From an uncultured Clostridium sp. (GTDB lineage: Bacteria; Bacillota; Clostridia; TANB77; CAG-508), in contig CANSPP010000007.1 of NCBI GenBank assembly GCA_947648905.1, positions 11,158 to 75,157 of the forward strand: DNA of 64,000 nt, read 5' to 3'. The first letter of the stretch is position 1; each line of letters begins with the position of its first letter. This document shows, in pieces, positions 21,109 to 31,808 of the stretch. The position numbers and the translations under genes are program-made. The notes beneath the pieces were generated by a model that ran no database searches, was not told where the DNA came from, and saw only the letters and a list, made by a program, of their open reading frames with translations.

Positions 21109-23235
21109 TTATTCTTCTGATGTTACTTTGTTTTCAGCTAAATCTTTCATACTTAAGTTTATTCTTCCTTGGTCATCGATTTCTATTACTTTAACTGTAA
21201 CTTTATCTCCAATATGAAGTACATCTTCCACATTTTTTACTCTTTCTTTTGATATTTTAGAGATGTGTAATAATCCTTCTTTTCCATTTATTCCTAAGTC
21301 TACAAATGCTCCAAAGTTCATTATTCTTACTACTTCTCCATAGTAGATTTCGCCTACTTCTACTTCTCTTACGATGTCTTCTATCATTTCTAATGCTTGT
21401 TTTGCTTTCTCTCCATCTGTTGAGTAGATAAATACTTGTCCATCTTCTTCAATATCAATTTTTACTCCTGTTTCGTCAATGATTTTGTTTATCATTTTTC
21501 CACCAGGTCCTATTACGTCTTTAATTTTTTCTGTTTTGATTGTTGTGTTTACTATTCTTGGTGCATATTCAGATACTTCTTCTCTTGGTTTTGATATTAC
21601 TGGTAACATTACGTTTTCTAATATATGCATTCTTGCATTTCTTGTTCTTTCAAATGCTTCGCTTATAATTTCGTATGTTAAACCATCACATTTAATATCA
21701 ACTTGAATTGCTGTAATTCCTTTTTCTGTTCCACCTACTTTAAAGTCCATATCTCCAAAGAAATCTTCTAATCCTTGGATATCTAATAACATTACGTAAT
21801 CTTCGTCATTATCTGGGTTTGTAACTAAACCTGTTGAAATTCCTGCTACTGGTCTTTTAATTGGTACACCTGCATCCATTAATGCTAATGTGCTTCCACA
21901 TATACTTGCTTGTGATGTTGAACCATTTGAAGATAATACTTCTGATACAACTCTTATTGCATATGGGAATTCTTCTTTTGATGGAATTACTGGGACTAGT
22001 GCTTTTTCTGCTAATGCTCCATGTCCTACTTCTCTTCTTCCAGGTCCACGAGATGGTCTTGCTTCTCCTACTGAGTAACTTGGGAAGTTGTAGTGATGCA
22101 TATATCTTTTAGATGCCTCTGTGTCTATTCCATCTAATACTTGTTCTTCGCTTACCATTCCTAATGTCGCAATTGACATTACTTGTGTTTGTCCTCTTGT
22201 GAATAATGCGCTTCCATGTACTCTTGGAAGTAAAGCGACTTCACAAGATAGTGGTCTAATTTGGTCTAATGCTCTTCCGTCTACTCTTTTATGTTCAACG
22301 AAAATCATTTCTCTTACACATTTTTTCTCTAATTTATAAATTGCTTCTCCTAGGTCTGCTTTGTGTTCTTCGTAAGCTTCTTCTCCATATTTTTCTTTAT
22401 AAGCCTCTTCTATTTTTGCTGTTAGTTCATCTATGTTGTTGTCTCTTGTTTCTTTGTCTGCTTCTTGAACTTTTTCTTTCATTTCTTCTTTAAAATTTGT
22501 TTCTACAAATTCATATACATCGTGGTCAACTTCAAATGATTTGTATTCAAATTTTGGTTTTCCTATTTCATTTTGAATATTTGTTATAAATTCACATACT
22601 TTTTTGATTTCTTCGTGTGCTGCTTTTATTGCATCTAACATTACGTCATCTGGTACTTCATTTGCACCAGCTTCTATCATTGTTATTTTTGTTGGTGTTG
22701 CTGCTACTGTTAATGTTAAATCTGTTTTTTCTCTTTGAGCTTCTGTTGGGTTTATAACAATTTGTCCATCAACTAGTCCAACATTTACAGCTGCTGTTGG
22801 TCCATTAAATGGTATATCTGATATTGCTAGCGCTGCTGCTGCACCTATCATTGCTGCTACTTCTGGCGAATTGTCTTGTTCAACACATAATACTGTTGCA
22901 ACAACAACTACATCATTTCTAAAATCTTTTGGGAATAGTGGTCTTAAAGGTCTATCAATTGCTCTTGATGTTAGTATTGCTTTATCACTTGGTTTACCTT
23001 CTCTTTTTAAAAATCCACCTGGTATTTTTCCTACTGAATATAATTTTTCTTCAAAATCTACTGATAATGGAAAGAAATCAATTCCTTCCCTTGGTTCTTT
23101 TGAAGCTGTTACATTTACTAATACACATGTATCTCCATATCTTACTAGTACACTTCCATTAGCTAGTCCTGCCATTTTTCCTGTTTCAATTACTAGCTTT
23201 CTTCCAGCTAGTTCTGTTTCATAAGTTTTAAACAT
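21109..23235 (-). CDS. pnp: polyribonucleotide nucleotidyltransferase (PNPase)
   Basis: 708 aa. Two RNase PH domains, then KH and S1 domains. Confidence 0.97.
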   Translation of the reverse strand: MFKTYETELAGRKLVIETGKMAGLANGSVLVRYGDTCVLVNVTASKEPREGIDFFPLSVDFEEKLYSVGKIPGGFLKREGKPSDKAILTSRAIDRPLRPLFPKDFRNDVVVVATVLCVEQDNSPEVAAMIGAAAALAISDIPFNGPTAAVNVGLVDGQIVINPTEAQREKTDLTLTVAATPTKITMIEAGANEVPDDVMLDAIKAAHEEIKKVCEFITNIQNEIGKPKFEYKSFEVDHDVYEFVETNFKEEMKEKVQEADKETRDNNIDELTAKIEEAYKEKYGEEAYEEHKADLGEAIYKLEKKCVREMIFVEHKRVDGRALDQIRPLSCEVALLPRVHGSALFTRGQTQVMSIATLGMVSEEQVLDGIDTEASKRYMHHYNFPSYSVGEARPSRGPGRREVGHGALAEKALVPVIPSKEEFPYAIRVVSEVLSSNGSTSQASICGSTLALMDAGVPIKRPVAGISTGLVTNPDNDEDYVMLLDIQGLEDFFGDMDFKVGGTEKGITAIQVDIKCDGLTYEIISEAFERTRNARMHILENVMLPVISKPREEVSEYAPRIVNTTIKTEKIKDVIGPGGKMINKIIDETGVKIDIEEDGQVFIYSTDGEKAKQALEMIEDIVREVEVGEIYYGEVVRIMNFGAFVDLGINGKEGLLHISKISKERVKNVEDVLHIGDKVTVKVIEIDDQGRINLSMKDLAENKVTSEE

Positions 23236-23413
23236 ATTATTTTTTCTCCTTTTTATTTTTTCGCACCTATTTTGTTTTTAAGTAAGTTTAGATGGTAACC
23301 TCTATAATACATTATTTGCTATTTTGATAATATATTATACAAGCTACTGACCTATTCTTACTTAAAATTTCTTGATAAAAGCCCACGCTGAATAAGCATA
23401 GGCTTTTTACCAA

Positions 23414-23677
23414 TTATTTTCTTAATCCTAATTTTTCAACGATTTCTCTGTATCTGTTAACATCTTTTTTAGCTAAGTAGTTAAGTAAATTTCTTCTTTT
23501 ACCAACCATTTTTAAAAGTCCACGTCTAGAGTGATTATCTTTTTTGTGTACTTTTAAGTGTTCTGTTAATTCGTTGATTCTTTCTGTTAAAAGAGCTATT
23601 TGAACTTCTGGTGAACCAGTATCGTTTGCTTCTCTTTTATATGTTGATATTACTTCTTGTTTTCTTTCCTTTGTCAT
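23414..23677 (-). CDS. rpsO: 30S ribosomal protein S15
   Basis: 87 aa, typical S15 sequence. Confidence 0.97.
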   Translation of the reverse strand: MTKERKQEVISTYKREANDTGSPEVQIALLTERINELTEHLKVHKKDNHSRRGLLKMVGKRRNLLNYLAKKDVNRYREIVEKLGLRK

Positions 23678-23865
23678 TTTTTTACACCTCCTATTTTTTC
23701 TTATTGCCTTAAACCGAGCTTTGGTTTAGGTGCTTGCCTTTAAGCTAAGTATAAGGTCTATTTTTTTAACATATCTATTTTACTATATTTTGCCATAAAA
23801 TTCAAGTCTTTTTTCAAACTTTTAGGCAAAGAGGAAAATTTAATCATAACTTTTTAGATTTTTTA

Positions 23866-23912
23866 GGTCCGTACCAAAAATGTTTGTTGGGACAAAAAAG
23901 AAACGTCCCAAA
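23866..23912. repeat. degenerate copies of the repeat family
   Basis: AGGTCCGTACC is followed by TTGGGACAAAAAAGAAACGTCCCAAAA, with stem TGGGAC/GTCCCA. Sits downstream of folA. Confidence 0.5.
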
Positions 23913-23920
23913 ATATCCCT

Positions 23921-24409
23921 TTAAATTCTTTCATATGTTACAAATTCATAGTCTAAATTATTTTCTTCATTTTTTGTTCCTTTTTCTCTTGAAACTTCTT
24001 TCCACGTATTTTCACTAATTACAGGGAAAAACGCATCTCCATCAAATTCTTGGTCTATTTGTGTTACATACATTTTTTTAACATATGGCATCAAGAAATT
24101 GTATATCATTGCTCCACCTATTACAAAAGCTTCTTCTTCACCTTCAATTAATTCTTGTATTTGTAATAAAGAATGTACTACTTCTACATTTTCATCTTTT
24201 ACTTTAAAGTCTGGATTTTGGCTAAATATGATGTGTTTTCTGTTTGGTAATACTCTTCCTAATGATTCAAATGTTTTTCTTCCCATTATTATTTTGTGTC
24301 CTGTTGTTAGTTCTTTAAAGTGTCTTAGGTCTTCTGGCAAGTGCCATACTAACTTATTGTCCTTTCCTATTATATTATTTTTTGCTTTTGCTACTATTAT
24401 ACTTAACAT
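23921..24409 (-). CDS. folA: dihydrofolate reductase
   Basis: 162 aa. Contains the MLSIIVAKAKNNIIGKDNKLVWHLPEDLRHFKELT motif. Confidence 0.93.
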   Translation of the reverse strand: MLSIIVAKAKNNIIGKDNKLVWHLPEDLRHFKELTTGHKIIMGRKTFESLGRVLPNRKHIIFSQNPDFKVKDENVEVVHSLLQIQELIEGEEEAFVIGGAMIYNFLMPYVKKMYVTQIDQEFDGDAFFPVISENTWKEVSREKGTKNEENNLDYEFVTYERI

Positions 24410-24439
24410 TTTCTTTTACTCCTTCTTTCTTTTATGTTT

Positions 24440-25297
24440 TTATTCTGCTACTGGTATTTTTCCTAATTTTATTTCTTTGTTATAATCATAATTTTGAATT
24501 TCAAAGTCTTCTACTTTGAATTCATAAAAGTTTTTTGTTGGATTTTTTATTACTAATTTTGGATGTACATCCATTGCTTCTGCTTCTATTAGTTTTTTTA
24601 CAAGTGGTATGTGTCTATCATAAATGTGACAGTCTCCAATATTGTGTGTTAAAGTTCCAACTTCTAGCCCTACAACTTGTGCAAACATATATTGTAATGC
24701 CGCATATTGCATTACGTTCCATCCATTTGCTGCTAACATATCTTGTGAACGTTGATTTAAGATTAAATGCAATTTTCCTTCTTTTACTATCCATTGTGTT
24801 CCATATACACATGGTTCTAATGCCATATCTTTTAATTCTTCGTGATTGAATATGTTTGTCATTATTCTTCTACTTGATGTGTCATTTTTTAGTAAGTTTA
24901 ATACAAAGTCTACTTGGTCCATTTCTTGGATTCCTTGTTTTGTTTTGAATTGATATTTTTTACCCATTTGGTATCCATATGCTTTTCCTATTGTTCCTTT
25001 TTCGTCAGTCCATTGATCCCATATGTGTGAGTTTAGGTCATTTGTATTATTAGATTTTTTTTGCCATATCCATAGTACTTCATCTATTGCTCTTTTTACT
25101 GTTCCTGTGTTGTTTCGAAGGGTTATCATTGGGAATTCTTTTCCTACGTCATATTTGTTTGTTACTCCTATTATTGATATGTAGTTTGCTTCTGTTCCGT
25201 CTTCCCATCTTGTTCTTACATTGGTGCCTTCTGATGAGTATCCGTTCTCTATTATTTCTTTACAGGTTTCTATAAAATGTTTGTCTGCTTGCGTCAT
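24440..25297 (-). CDS. thyA: thymidylate synthase (ThyA)
   Basis: 285 aa. ThyA-like, with a catalytic-Cys region (ALEPCVYGTQW). Confidence 0.9.
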   Translation of the reverse strand: MTQADKHFIETCKEIIENGYSSEGTNVRTRWEDGTEANYISIIGVTNKYDVGKEFPMITLRNNTGTVKRAIDEVLWIWQKKSNNTNDLNSHIWDQWTDEKGTIGKAYGYQMGKKYQFKTKQGIQEMDQVDFVLNLLKNDTSSRRIMTNIFNHEELKDMALEPCVYGTQWIVKEGKLHLILNQRSQDMLAANGWNVMQYAALQYMFAQVVGLEVGTLTHNIGDCHIYDRHIPLVKKLIEAEAMDVHPKLVIKNPTKNFYEFKVEDFEIQNYDYNKEIKLGKIPVAE

Positions 25298-25461
25298 TTT
25301 ATTCCCCCCTTAATTTTATTTTTTCTTTTGAAGTATATCATAACATTTTTTTGTTGTAAACTGTTATTTTAACTTTTATAAACATACAAAAACACTCTCA
25401 AAAAAAGAATGTTTTTGTAACTTATTGGGTAATGAAAAATACTTTGAATTTATTTCCAAAT

Positions 25462-26367
25462 TCAAAGTATTTTATCATCAAATTCCCATTGTGGAACATA
25501 TTCTTCTTCATGTTCACCCAATTCTTGAACATAGCCATTCTCTATTTCAAGTTCATATATATAATCTTCTATTTCTTCCCATTCTTCTTTAGTTAACTTT
25601 CTATTCAAATCTATCATATCTTTAGCTTTATATGTTGGAAAATACTGCGCCATAACACTTATATAAGTGTTTTTAGGCAAATTCTCTCTTATCCACTTTA
25701 GCACTTTTTTACTATTTTCTACATTGTTTGGTAAGACCAAATGCCTTATAAGCACACCTTTTTGCATCATTCCATTTTCGTCTATTTTTGTTTCTCCCAC
25801 TTGCCTTATCATTTCTTTTATTGCTTGTGTTGCTATTTCAAAATAATTTTCTATGTTAGAGTATTTTTTTGCAAGTTCATTGTCTACATATTTTAGGTCT
25901 GGCAAATATATGTCTACATATCCTTCTAGCATTTTTATAGTTTCAATATTTTCATATGAATTTGTATTGTATACTATTGGAAGTTTTAGTCCTTTTGCTC
26001 TGGCCATTTTTATAGCTTCTATTATTTGTGGCACATAACTTGTTGGTGTTACTAAATTGATGTTTTCTACGTCTTTTGCTTGTTGCTTTAAAAATATGTC
26101 TGCCAATTCTTCTATTGTTATTTCTTTTCCTTTTCCTAGCTGACTTATTTCGTAATTTTGGCAGTATACACAATTCAAATTACAATTAGAAAAAAACACA
26201 GTTCCTGAGCCTTTTTCTCCGCTAATACATGGTTCTTCAAAATCATGTGTTGAGTATAACGCTATTTTCACTGTATCTTTTGCTTTACATCTACCTATTT
26301 GATTTTCATTTCTGTTTATTTTGCATTTGTGTGGACATATTGCACATTTATCTAATTCTTCTAACAT
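25462..26367 (-). CDS. radical SAM protein, PflA/PflX activase-like
   Basis: 301 aa. Contains the CNLNCVYCQN radical-SAM cluster motif. Confidence 0.8.
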   Translation of the reverse strand: MLEELDKCAICPHKCKINRNENQIGRCKAKDTVKIALYSTHDFEEPCISGEKGSGTVFFSNCNLNCVYCQNYEISQLGKGKEITIEELADIFLKQQAKDVENINLVTPTSYVPQIIEAIKMARAKGLKLPIVYNTNSYENIETIKMLEGYVDIYLPDLKYVDNELAKKYSNIENYFEIATQAIKEMIRQVGETKIDENGMMQKGVLIRHLVLPNNVENSKKVLKWIRENLPKNTYISVMAQYFPTYKAKDMIDLNRKLTKEEWEEIEDYIYELEIENGYVQELGEHEEEYVPQWEFDDKIL

Positions 26368-26389
26368 CTATTCTCTTTGCCTTTCTCAT

Positions 26390-27052
26390 TTATTTTTCCA
26401 CTTTTTGTACTGTTAATGTTTCTTCTTTATTATTTAGATATATTTTTTTCTTACTAAATCTATCTATATTGTTTTTTACTATTTCTTGCATCTTTGTTTC
26501 GCTGTCATTTATTCCTACTCTGCCTATTTCTTCGTTATCAAGATTTTTTATTATTACACTTTGTTCTTCTGAATAATTTTCTAGGTATTCTACAATTTCT
26601 ACTGTATATCCATCTTTCGTTTTTTTGATATCACTTAATAAAAACGTATCTGCATCTTCATCTAGTCCCATTCCTGTTGTATAGTACATTTCTGTTTCTT
26701 CATTATATTTTATTGTTTCACTTCCTTCTTTTGGAAATGGTTTTGTAAATTCTTGTCCAAATATTTTTTTCGCTGTTTCTTCTATTTCGTTATATGTTAT
26801 TTCGTAGTTTTCTAGATTTTGGTTTATTACTTCCCATAGCCATATCTCTGGGGCTTCATTTATGTTTGTAAATGTTGGTAATGCTTCGTTTGTTACTTCT
26901 TGCCACATATATATTTTGGTTATATATTCTTCTATTTTTTCTATTTCTTGTATATTTATATTGTCTTTTGCTCCTACAGCCGTTTTGCGGTATATAATCA
27001 TTCCTACAAGTATTGTTGCTAAAATTATTATTATTATAAACATTTTTTTCAT
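26390..27052 (-). CDS. hypothetical membrane-anchored protein
   Basis: 220 aa. N-terminal helix MKKMFIIIIILATILVGMIIY. No recognised domain. Confidence 0.5.
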   Translation of the reverse strand: MKKMFIIIIILATILVGMIIYRKTAVGAKDNINIQEIEKIEEYITKIYMWQEVTNEALPTFTNINEAPEIWLWEVINQNLENYEITYNEIEETAKKIFGQEFTKPFPKEGSETIKYNEETEMYYTTGMGLDEDADTFLLSDIKKTKDGYTVEIVEYLENYSEEQSVIIKNLDNEEIGRVGINDSETKMQEIVKNNIDRFSKKKIYLNNKEETLTVQKVEK

Positions 27053-27136
27053 TGTTTTCCTCCCATTTTAGCATATCTCTTTGACTGTTTTTTATTCTAT
27101 CACATTAATTTTTTAGTTTCAAGATTTTTGAAACTT

Positions 27137-27160
27137 TTTAGGTCTGTCCCCAAAAATCTA
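27137..27160. repeat. degenerate half copy, subfamily B
   Basis: TTTTAGGTCTGTCCCCAAAAATC resembles AAAAGGTCCGTCCCCATTGG. Confidence 0.4.
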
Positions 27161-27230
27161 TTCTAAAATTAAAAATTTGACTTTTTATGTAAATTGTAGT
27201 ATAATTGGTTGTATGATTGGAGGTATATAT

Positions 27231-27650
27231 ATGAAAAACATCGAAAAGGAACGGTTCCAGAGCGACTGTTTAACTTTCTGCGAAATGAATCGCATTCATC
27301 CATTAGACAAAAAGTACTTGGATAGGTGTCTTAGAATACCTAATGACGGAATTGCTGTTAAATACAATTGCATAAATCTTTGCAATACGTATTATCCTAT
27401 TGTTACTACAGATGTCTTTGACAGTAGTGTTGAAAAAGCAATTGGACATTACGATACCAATAATGATGTTATCGTTTTCGTTTATATTGATGCTAGCACT
27501 TATGTAACAAGGGACTGGAATGTTTTTACTGCTTTGTCTAAAGCAGGATACGTTTTAGGAGATTTTCCTGTACCATTGTCTTATGATGAAACAATTTGTG
27601 ATAATAAAATCAGAAAGAAATGGGACTCTTTACCTAGAACGACATTTTAA
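27231..27650 (+). CDS. orphan hypothetical protein, compositionally atypical, contains an in-frame CGG
   Basis: ATG 27231 after a GGAGG RBS, 139 aa (MKNIEKERFQSDCLTF...). Visibly richer in G/C-containing codons than its neighbours. Codon 8 is CGG (27252..27254). Confidence 0.45.
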   Translation: MKNIEKERFQSDCLTFCEMNRIHPLDKKYLDRCLRIPNDGIAVKYNCINLCNTYYPIVTTDVFDSSVEKAIGHYDTNNDVIVFVYIDASTYVTRDWNVFTALSKAGYVLGDFPVPLSYDETICDNKIRKKWDSLPRTTF

Positions 27651-27696
27651 CTGTTTTTCATTATTGAAGGGATTTAACTAACTCTTTTCAATCTAG

Positions 27697-27729
27697 CAAA
27701 AAATCCAGCTTTATCGCTGGATTTTTTCT
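27697..27729. terminator. bidirectional terminator (orphan ORF / clpX)
   Basis: AAAAAATCCAGC ttta tc GCTGGATTTTTT. Confidence 0.8.
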
Positions 27730-27741
27730 ATTTTTATTATA

Positions 27742-29064
27742 CTATGCGGTTTCTTTTTCTGAATTTTTTGGTGTTTGTCTTTTTTTCTTCACATTAACTA
27801 CTTTTGGTTGTTTATTTTCATTAATGACAATTTCTGGTTCTTTATTTTCTACCACTGTTTCTCTAGTAATAATACATTTTTCTATATTTGGGTTAGATGG
27901 TATTTCGAACATTATATCTCTCATTATTTCTTCTATAATTGAGCGAAGTCCTCTTGCTCCTGTTTTCCTTTCTATTGCTTTGTCAACTATTGCTTCTAGA
28001 GCTTCTGGCTCTAATACTAATTCTACATCATCTATCTCAAATAATTTTTGATATTGTTTTACTAATGAATTTTTTGGTTCTACTAGAATTTTTATTAATG
28101 CTTGTTTGTCTAATTCTTTTAAAGTTGCTATTATTGGTAGTCTTCCTATAAATTCTGGTATTAATCCGAATTTTAGTAAGTCTTGTGGTAATAGTTCTTT
28201 AAATATTTCAAATTGTTCTAAATCTTTTTTAGTTTTTACTTGTTTTCCAAATCCTATTGCTTTTTCACCTGTTCTATCTTTTATTATGTTTTCTAGGCCT
28301 TCAAATGCTCCACCACATATTATTAAGATATTTTCAGTGTTTATTTGTAGCAATTCTTGGTTTGGATGTTTTCTTCCACCTTGTGGTGGTACTGATGCAA
28401 TTGTTCCTTCTATTATTTTTAGTAGAGCTTGTTGCACTCCTTCTCCACTAACATCCCTTGTTATTGATGGATTTTCTGATTTTCTTGTTATTTTATCGAT
28501 TTCATCGATATATATAATCCCTTTTTCAGCTTTTGCTATATCTCCATCTGCTGCTTGAATTAGTTTTAATAGGATATTTTCAACGTCTTCTCCTACATAT
28601 CCTGCTTCTGTTAGTGTTGTTGCATCTGCTATTGCAAATGGCACATTTAGTATTTTTGCTAAAGTTCTTGCCAATAAGGTTTTTCCACATCCTGTTGGGC
28701 CTAATAGCAAGATATTGCTTTTTTGTATTTCTATGTCGTCTTTTTGTGCATTTTCTTCGTGTGCTATTCTTTTATAATGATTATAAACAGCTACTGATAG
28801 TGTTCTTTTTGCATCATCTTGACCTATTACATATTCGTCTAATATTTGTTTTATTTCTTTTGGACTTGGTACATTGTTTAGTTCATTTAATGTATATCCT
28901 GCTTTTTCGTCTTCATACATTTCTTGTTCTATTATACTTGTACAAAGGTCTACACATTCATCACATATATATACCCCTGGTCCTGCTACTATTTTTCTTA
29001 CGTTCTCTTGTGCTTTTCCACAAAATGAACATCTTATACTCTTTGGAGTATCATTTCTTGCCAT
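27742..29064 (-). CDS. clpX: ATP-dependent Clp protease ATP-binding subunit ClpX
   Basis: 440 aa. N-terminal zinc finger CSFCGK...CDEC and Walker A GPTGCGKT. Confidence 0.97.
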   Translation of the reverse strand: MARNDTPKSIRCSFCGKAQENVRKIVAGPGVYICDECVDLCTSIIEQEMYEDEKAGYTLNELNNVPSPKEIKQILDEYVIGQDDAKRTLSVAVYNHYKRIAHEENAQKDDIEIQKSNILLLGPTGCGKTLLARTLAKILNVPFAIADATTLTEAGYVGEDVENILLKLIQAADGDIAKAEKGIIYIDEIDKITRKSENPSITRDVSGEGVQQALLKIIEGTIASVPPQGGRKHPNQELLQINTENILIICGGAFEGLENIIKDRTGEKAIGFGKQVKTKKDLEQFEIFKELLPQDLLKFGLIPEFIGRLPIIATLKELDKQALIKILVEPKNSLVKQYQKLFEIDDVELVLEPEALEAIVDKAIERKTGARGLRSIIEEIMRDIMFEIPSNPNIEKCIITRETVVENKEPEIVINENKQPKVVNVKKKRQTPKNSEKETA

Positions 29065-29088
29065 TTCACTTTCTCCCTTTGCAAATAA

Positions 29089-29694
29089 TTATTTTCTTTT
29101 GTCCATAATACCGTCTATTAATCCATATTTTAAAGCTTCTTCAGCTGTCATATAGTTGTCTCTTTCAGTATCTTTCTGAATTGTTTCAACTGTTTGACCT
29201 GTTCTTTCGCTTAAAAATTTGTTTAATTTTTCTCTTGTTTTTACAAGATGGTCTGCGTGTATTTTTATTTCTGTTGCTTGACCTGATAGTCCGCCACCAC
29301 CGATTAATGGTTGATGGATTAGTATTTCTGCATTTGGAGTTGCAAATCTTTTTCCTTTTTCTCCTGCTGCAAGTAAAGCTGCTCCCATACTTGCTGCCAT
29401 TCCTATACATATTGTTGATACTGGACATGTTATATAGTTCATTGTGTCTATTATTCCCATTCCGTCTGTTATTGAACCACCTGGTGAGTTGATGTATAAG
29501 CTTATTTCTTTGTCTGGGTCTTCTGATTCTAAGAATAGTAATTGTGCTATTATTAGACTTGATGTTGTTGGATTTACATCTTCACCTAAGAATATTATTC
29601 TATCTTTTAGTAGTCTAGAGAATATATCATATGATCTTTCCCCTTTACTTGTTTGTTCAACTACGTATGGTACTAAACTGTTTCTTTCTAACAT
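29089..29694 (-). CDS. clpP: ATP-dependent Clp protease proteolytic subunit
   Basis: 201 aa, typical ClpP (GMAASMGA, catalytic Ser/His). Confidence 0.97.
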   Translation of the reverse strand: MLERNSLVPYVVEQTSKGERSYDIFSRLLKDRIIFLGEDVNPTTSSLIIAQLLFLESEDPDKEISLYINSPGGSITDGMGIIDTMNYITCPVSTICIGMAASMGAALLAAGEKGKRFATPNAEILIHQPLIGGGGLSGQATEIKIHADHLVKTREKLNKFLSERTGQTVETIQKDTERDNYMTAEEALKYGLIDGIMDKRK

Positions 29695-29723
29695 TGTTTT
29701 CCTCCTTGGTTTTTGTTTTCAAT

Positions 29724-31010
29724 TTATTTTATTTTTGCGTTTTTAACTAAGAAGTCGATTGCTTTTTCTGAAGCTATTCCTTGTTTTATGTAGTTTTTAA
29801 CATTTTCATTTTTTAGGAATTCTTCGTCATTTTCTTTTCCGTAATTTTTTGCCATTTCTTTCATTTTTTCTTCTATTTCGCTATCTGTTGCTTCTATTTT
29901 TTCTGCTTTAATTACTGCTTCTAAAGCTAGTCTTGATTTTATTCCTTCAATTGCTTGTGGTTCATATTCTTTTTTGATATCTGCTTCTGTTTTACCCATC
30001 ATTTGAAGGTATTGTTCTAGTTTTAGACCTTGGTATGATAAACGTTGTTCGATGTCTTTTAACATATTTTCAACTTCTAGTTCTATCATTCCTGTTGGTA
30101 TTTCAACTTTTAAGTCTTCACATAAAGCTTTAACTACTGCTTCTTGTGTTTCGTATTTTACTCTTTCTTCATTTTGTTTTTCTTTTTTTGCTTTGATGTC
30201 TGCTTTTAATTCTTCTAATGTATCAAATTCACTTACATCTTTTGCAAATTCGTCATCTAATTCTGGTAGTTCTTTTTTCTTGATTTCGTGAACTTTTACT
30301 TTAAATGTTGCTTCTTTTCCTGCTAATTCTTTAGAGAAGTATTCTTCTGGGAATGTTACAACGATGTCTTTTTCTTCATCTATTTTCATTCCTATTACTT
30401 GGTCTTCAAATCCTGGTATAAATGTGTTGCTTCCTATTTCTAGGTCGTGGTGTTCTGCTTTTCCACCTTCAAATGCTGTTCCATCTACAAATCCTTCGAA
30501 GTCTATTGTTGCGATATCTCCACTTTCTACTGCTCTATCGTCTATTGATACTAATCTTGAGTTGTGTTCTTGCATATGTCCTAATTCGTGTTCGATGTCT
30601 TCGTCTGTTACATTATACTCTATTTTTTTGATTTCTATACCTTTATATTTTCCAAGTTCTGCTTCTGGTTTTGTTTGCATAGTTGCTGTGAATATTAAGT
30701 CTTTTCCTTTTTCTATTTGTGTTACATCTATATCTGGTCTAGATACAACTTCTAGGTTGTTTTCTTTTACTGCTTCTTCTAGTGCTTCTTCTGCTACTTC
30801 GTTGAATGCATCTTCATAGAATATTTCTTTTCCATAATATTTTTCTACTATTTGCATTGGTGCTTTTCCCTTTCTAAATCCTGGGATGTTAAAATATTTT
30901 GCACTTTTAAAATATACTTTTTTTATAGCTTCTTCAAACTTTTGTGCCTCTACTGCTATTTCTAGTTTTACTTCATTTGCATTTTTTGTTTTTTCTAATT
31001 TACAATTCAT
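29724..31010 (-). CDS. tig: trigger factor
   Basis: About 428 aa. GFRKGKAP ribosome-binding motif and an FKBP domain. ATG 31010 is preferred over the track's TTG at 31019. Confidence 0.95.
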   Translation of the reverse strand: MNCKLEKTKNANEVKLEIAVEAQKFEEAIKKVYFKSAKYFNIPGFRKGKAPMQIVEKYYGKEIFYEDAFNEVAEEALEEAVKENNLEVVSRPDIDVTQIEKGKDLIFTATMQTKPEAELGKYKGIEIKKIEYNVTDEDIEHELGHMQEHNSRLVSIDDRAVESGDIATIDFEGFVDGTAFEGGKAEHHDLEIGSNTFIPGFEDQVIGMKIDEEKDIVVTFPEEYFSKELAGKEATFKVKVHEIKKKELPELDDEFAKDVSEFDTLEELKADIKAKKEKQNEERVKYETQEAVVKALCEDLKVEIPTGMIELEVENMLKDIEQRLSYQGLKLEQYLQMMGKTEADIKKEYEPQAIEGIKSRLALEAVIKAEKIEATDSEIEEKMKEMAKNYGKENDEEFLKNENVKNYIKQGIASEKAIDFLVKNAKIK

Positions 31011-31178
31011 TGTTTTCAATCCTTTCTTTTATTCATATAGCTTAATTATTATACCACAAATTTCCCATTTTGCAAGGAATTTTTTATATTTTTAAAAAAA
31101 TACTTGTTTTTTTTTATTTTTTGTGTTAAACTTAATAACAGTCAATTTATTTAGATTATTAGGAGGTGCAATTTAGAT

Positions 31179-31376
31179 ATGGCAAAATGTGAAATTTGTG
31201 AAAAAACAGCTAGTCACGGAAATAAACTTAGCATTACTCGTTCTCATATAAGTAAAAGATCACCACGTACTTGGAAACCAAACTTAAGAAGCGTTAAAGC
31301 TGAAATAGATGGTGAAGTTAAAAGAATCAATGTATGTGCTAAATGTTTAAGAGATGGAAAAGTAAAAAGAGCTTAA
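31179..31376 (+). CDS. rpmB: 50S ribosomal protein L28
   Basis: 65 aa, MAKCEICEKTASHGNKLSITRSHISKRSPRTWKPNL. Confidence 0.95.
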   Translation: MAKCEICEKTASHGNKLSITRSHISKRSPRTWKPNLRSVKAEIDGEVKRINVCAKCLRDGKVKRA

Positions 31377-31393
31377 TTAACAGCTCTTTTTTT
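31366..31393 (+). terminator. terminator after rpmB
   Basis: Stem AAAGAGC ... GCTCTTT followed by a T-run. Confidence 0.7.
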
Positions 31394-31515
31394 GTGTCTT
31401 ATTGTATTTTAATTATGTAATTAATCTTTTATTCCAAAAATCAACTTTACAAATCCCCTTAAAAATTTGGGTACTTTTTTTACTACTATCGTCATATAAA
31501 CCCTCCCTTTCTTCG

Positions 31516-31665
31516 TTAACACGCAAGCCACATAAATCCAACGCAGACAACTGTGACTCCTATTATAAATAACCAACCTGCTATTGGAAGTAATAAAACT
31601 AATAATATCCCTAATCCTAGCCCTATTAAACATACTGCCAGTGTCTTTTTAAATAGACATTTCAT
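31516..31665 (-). CDS. possible small membrane protein (49 aa)
   Basis: ATG 31665 after an AGGAGG RBS. MKCLFKKTLAVCLIGLGLGILLVLLLPIAGWLFIIGVTVVCVGFMWLAC has two hydrophobic helices. Not in the ORF track. Confidence 0.3.
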   Translation of the reverse strand: MKCLFKKTLAVCLIGLGLGILLVLLLPIAGWLFIIGVTVVCVGFMWLAC

Positions 31666-31808
31666 ATTTTCATTACCTCCTATCTTTGTATATTATATTA
31701 TGTTTTTTTCTTATTTGTTCCTTTTTATGTTTATGTTTTTGGGGATGATGCATCATTCAGTTGACTAATTATTTTTTATTTTGTAAAATATAATTGAGGT
31801 GAAAAAAA

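Noticed and set aside
23678-23760. A possible structured S15 autoregulatory leader upstream of rpsO (hairpin CCTAAACC...GGTTTAAGG).
   Set aside because: A short stem is visible, but I cannot establish the pseudoknot or three-way-junction architecture by eye, so I am not reporting it as a feature.
28533-29108. Long plus-strand ORFs antisense to clpX. Similar cases include 34776..35513, 58543..59289, 47238..47855, 54055..54564 and 62851..63516.
   Set aside because: Their products are Leu/Phe/Ser-rich low-complexity strings typical of the reverse strand of AT-rich genes. Each is fully overlapped by a confidently identified minus-strand gene.
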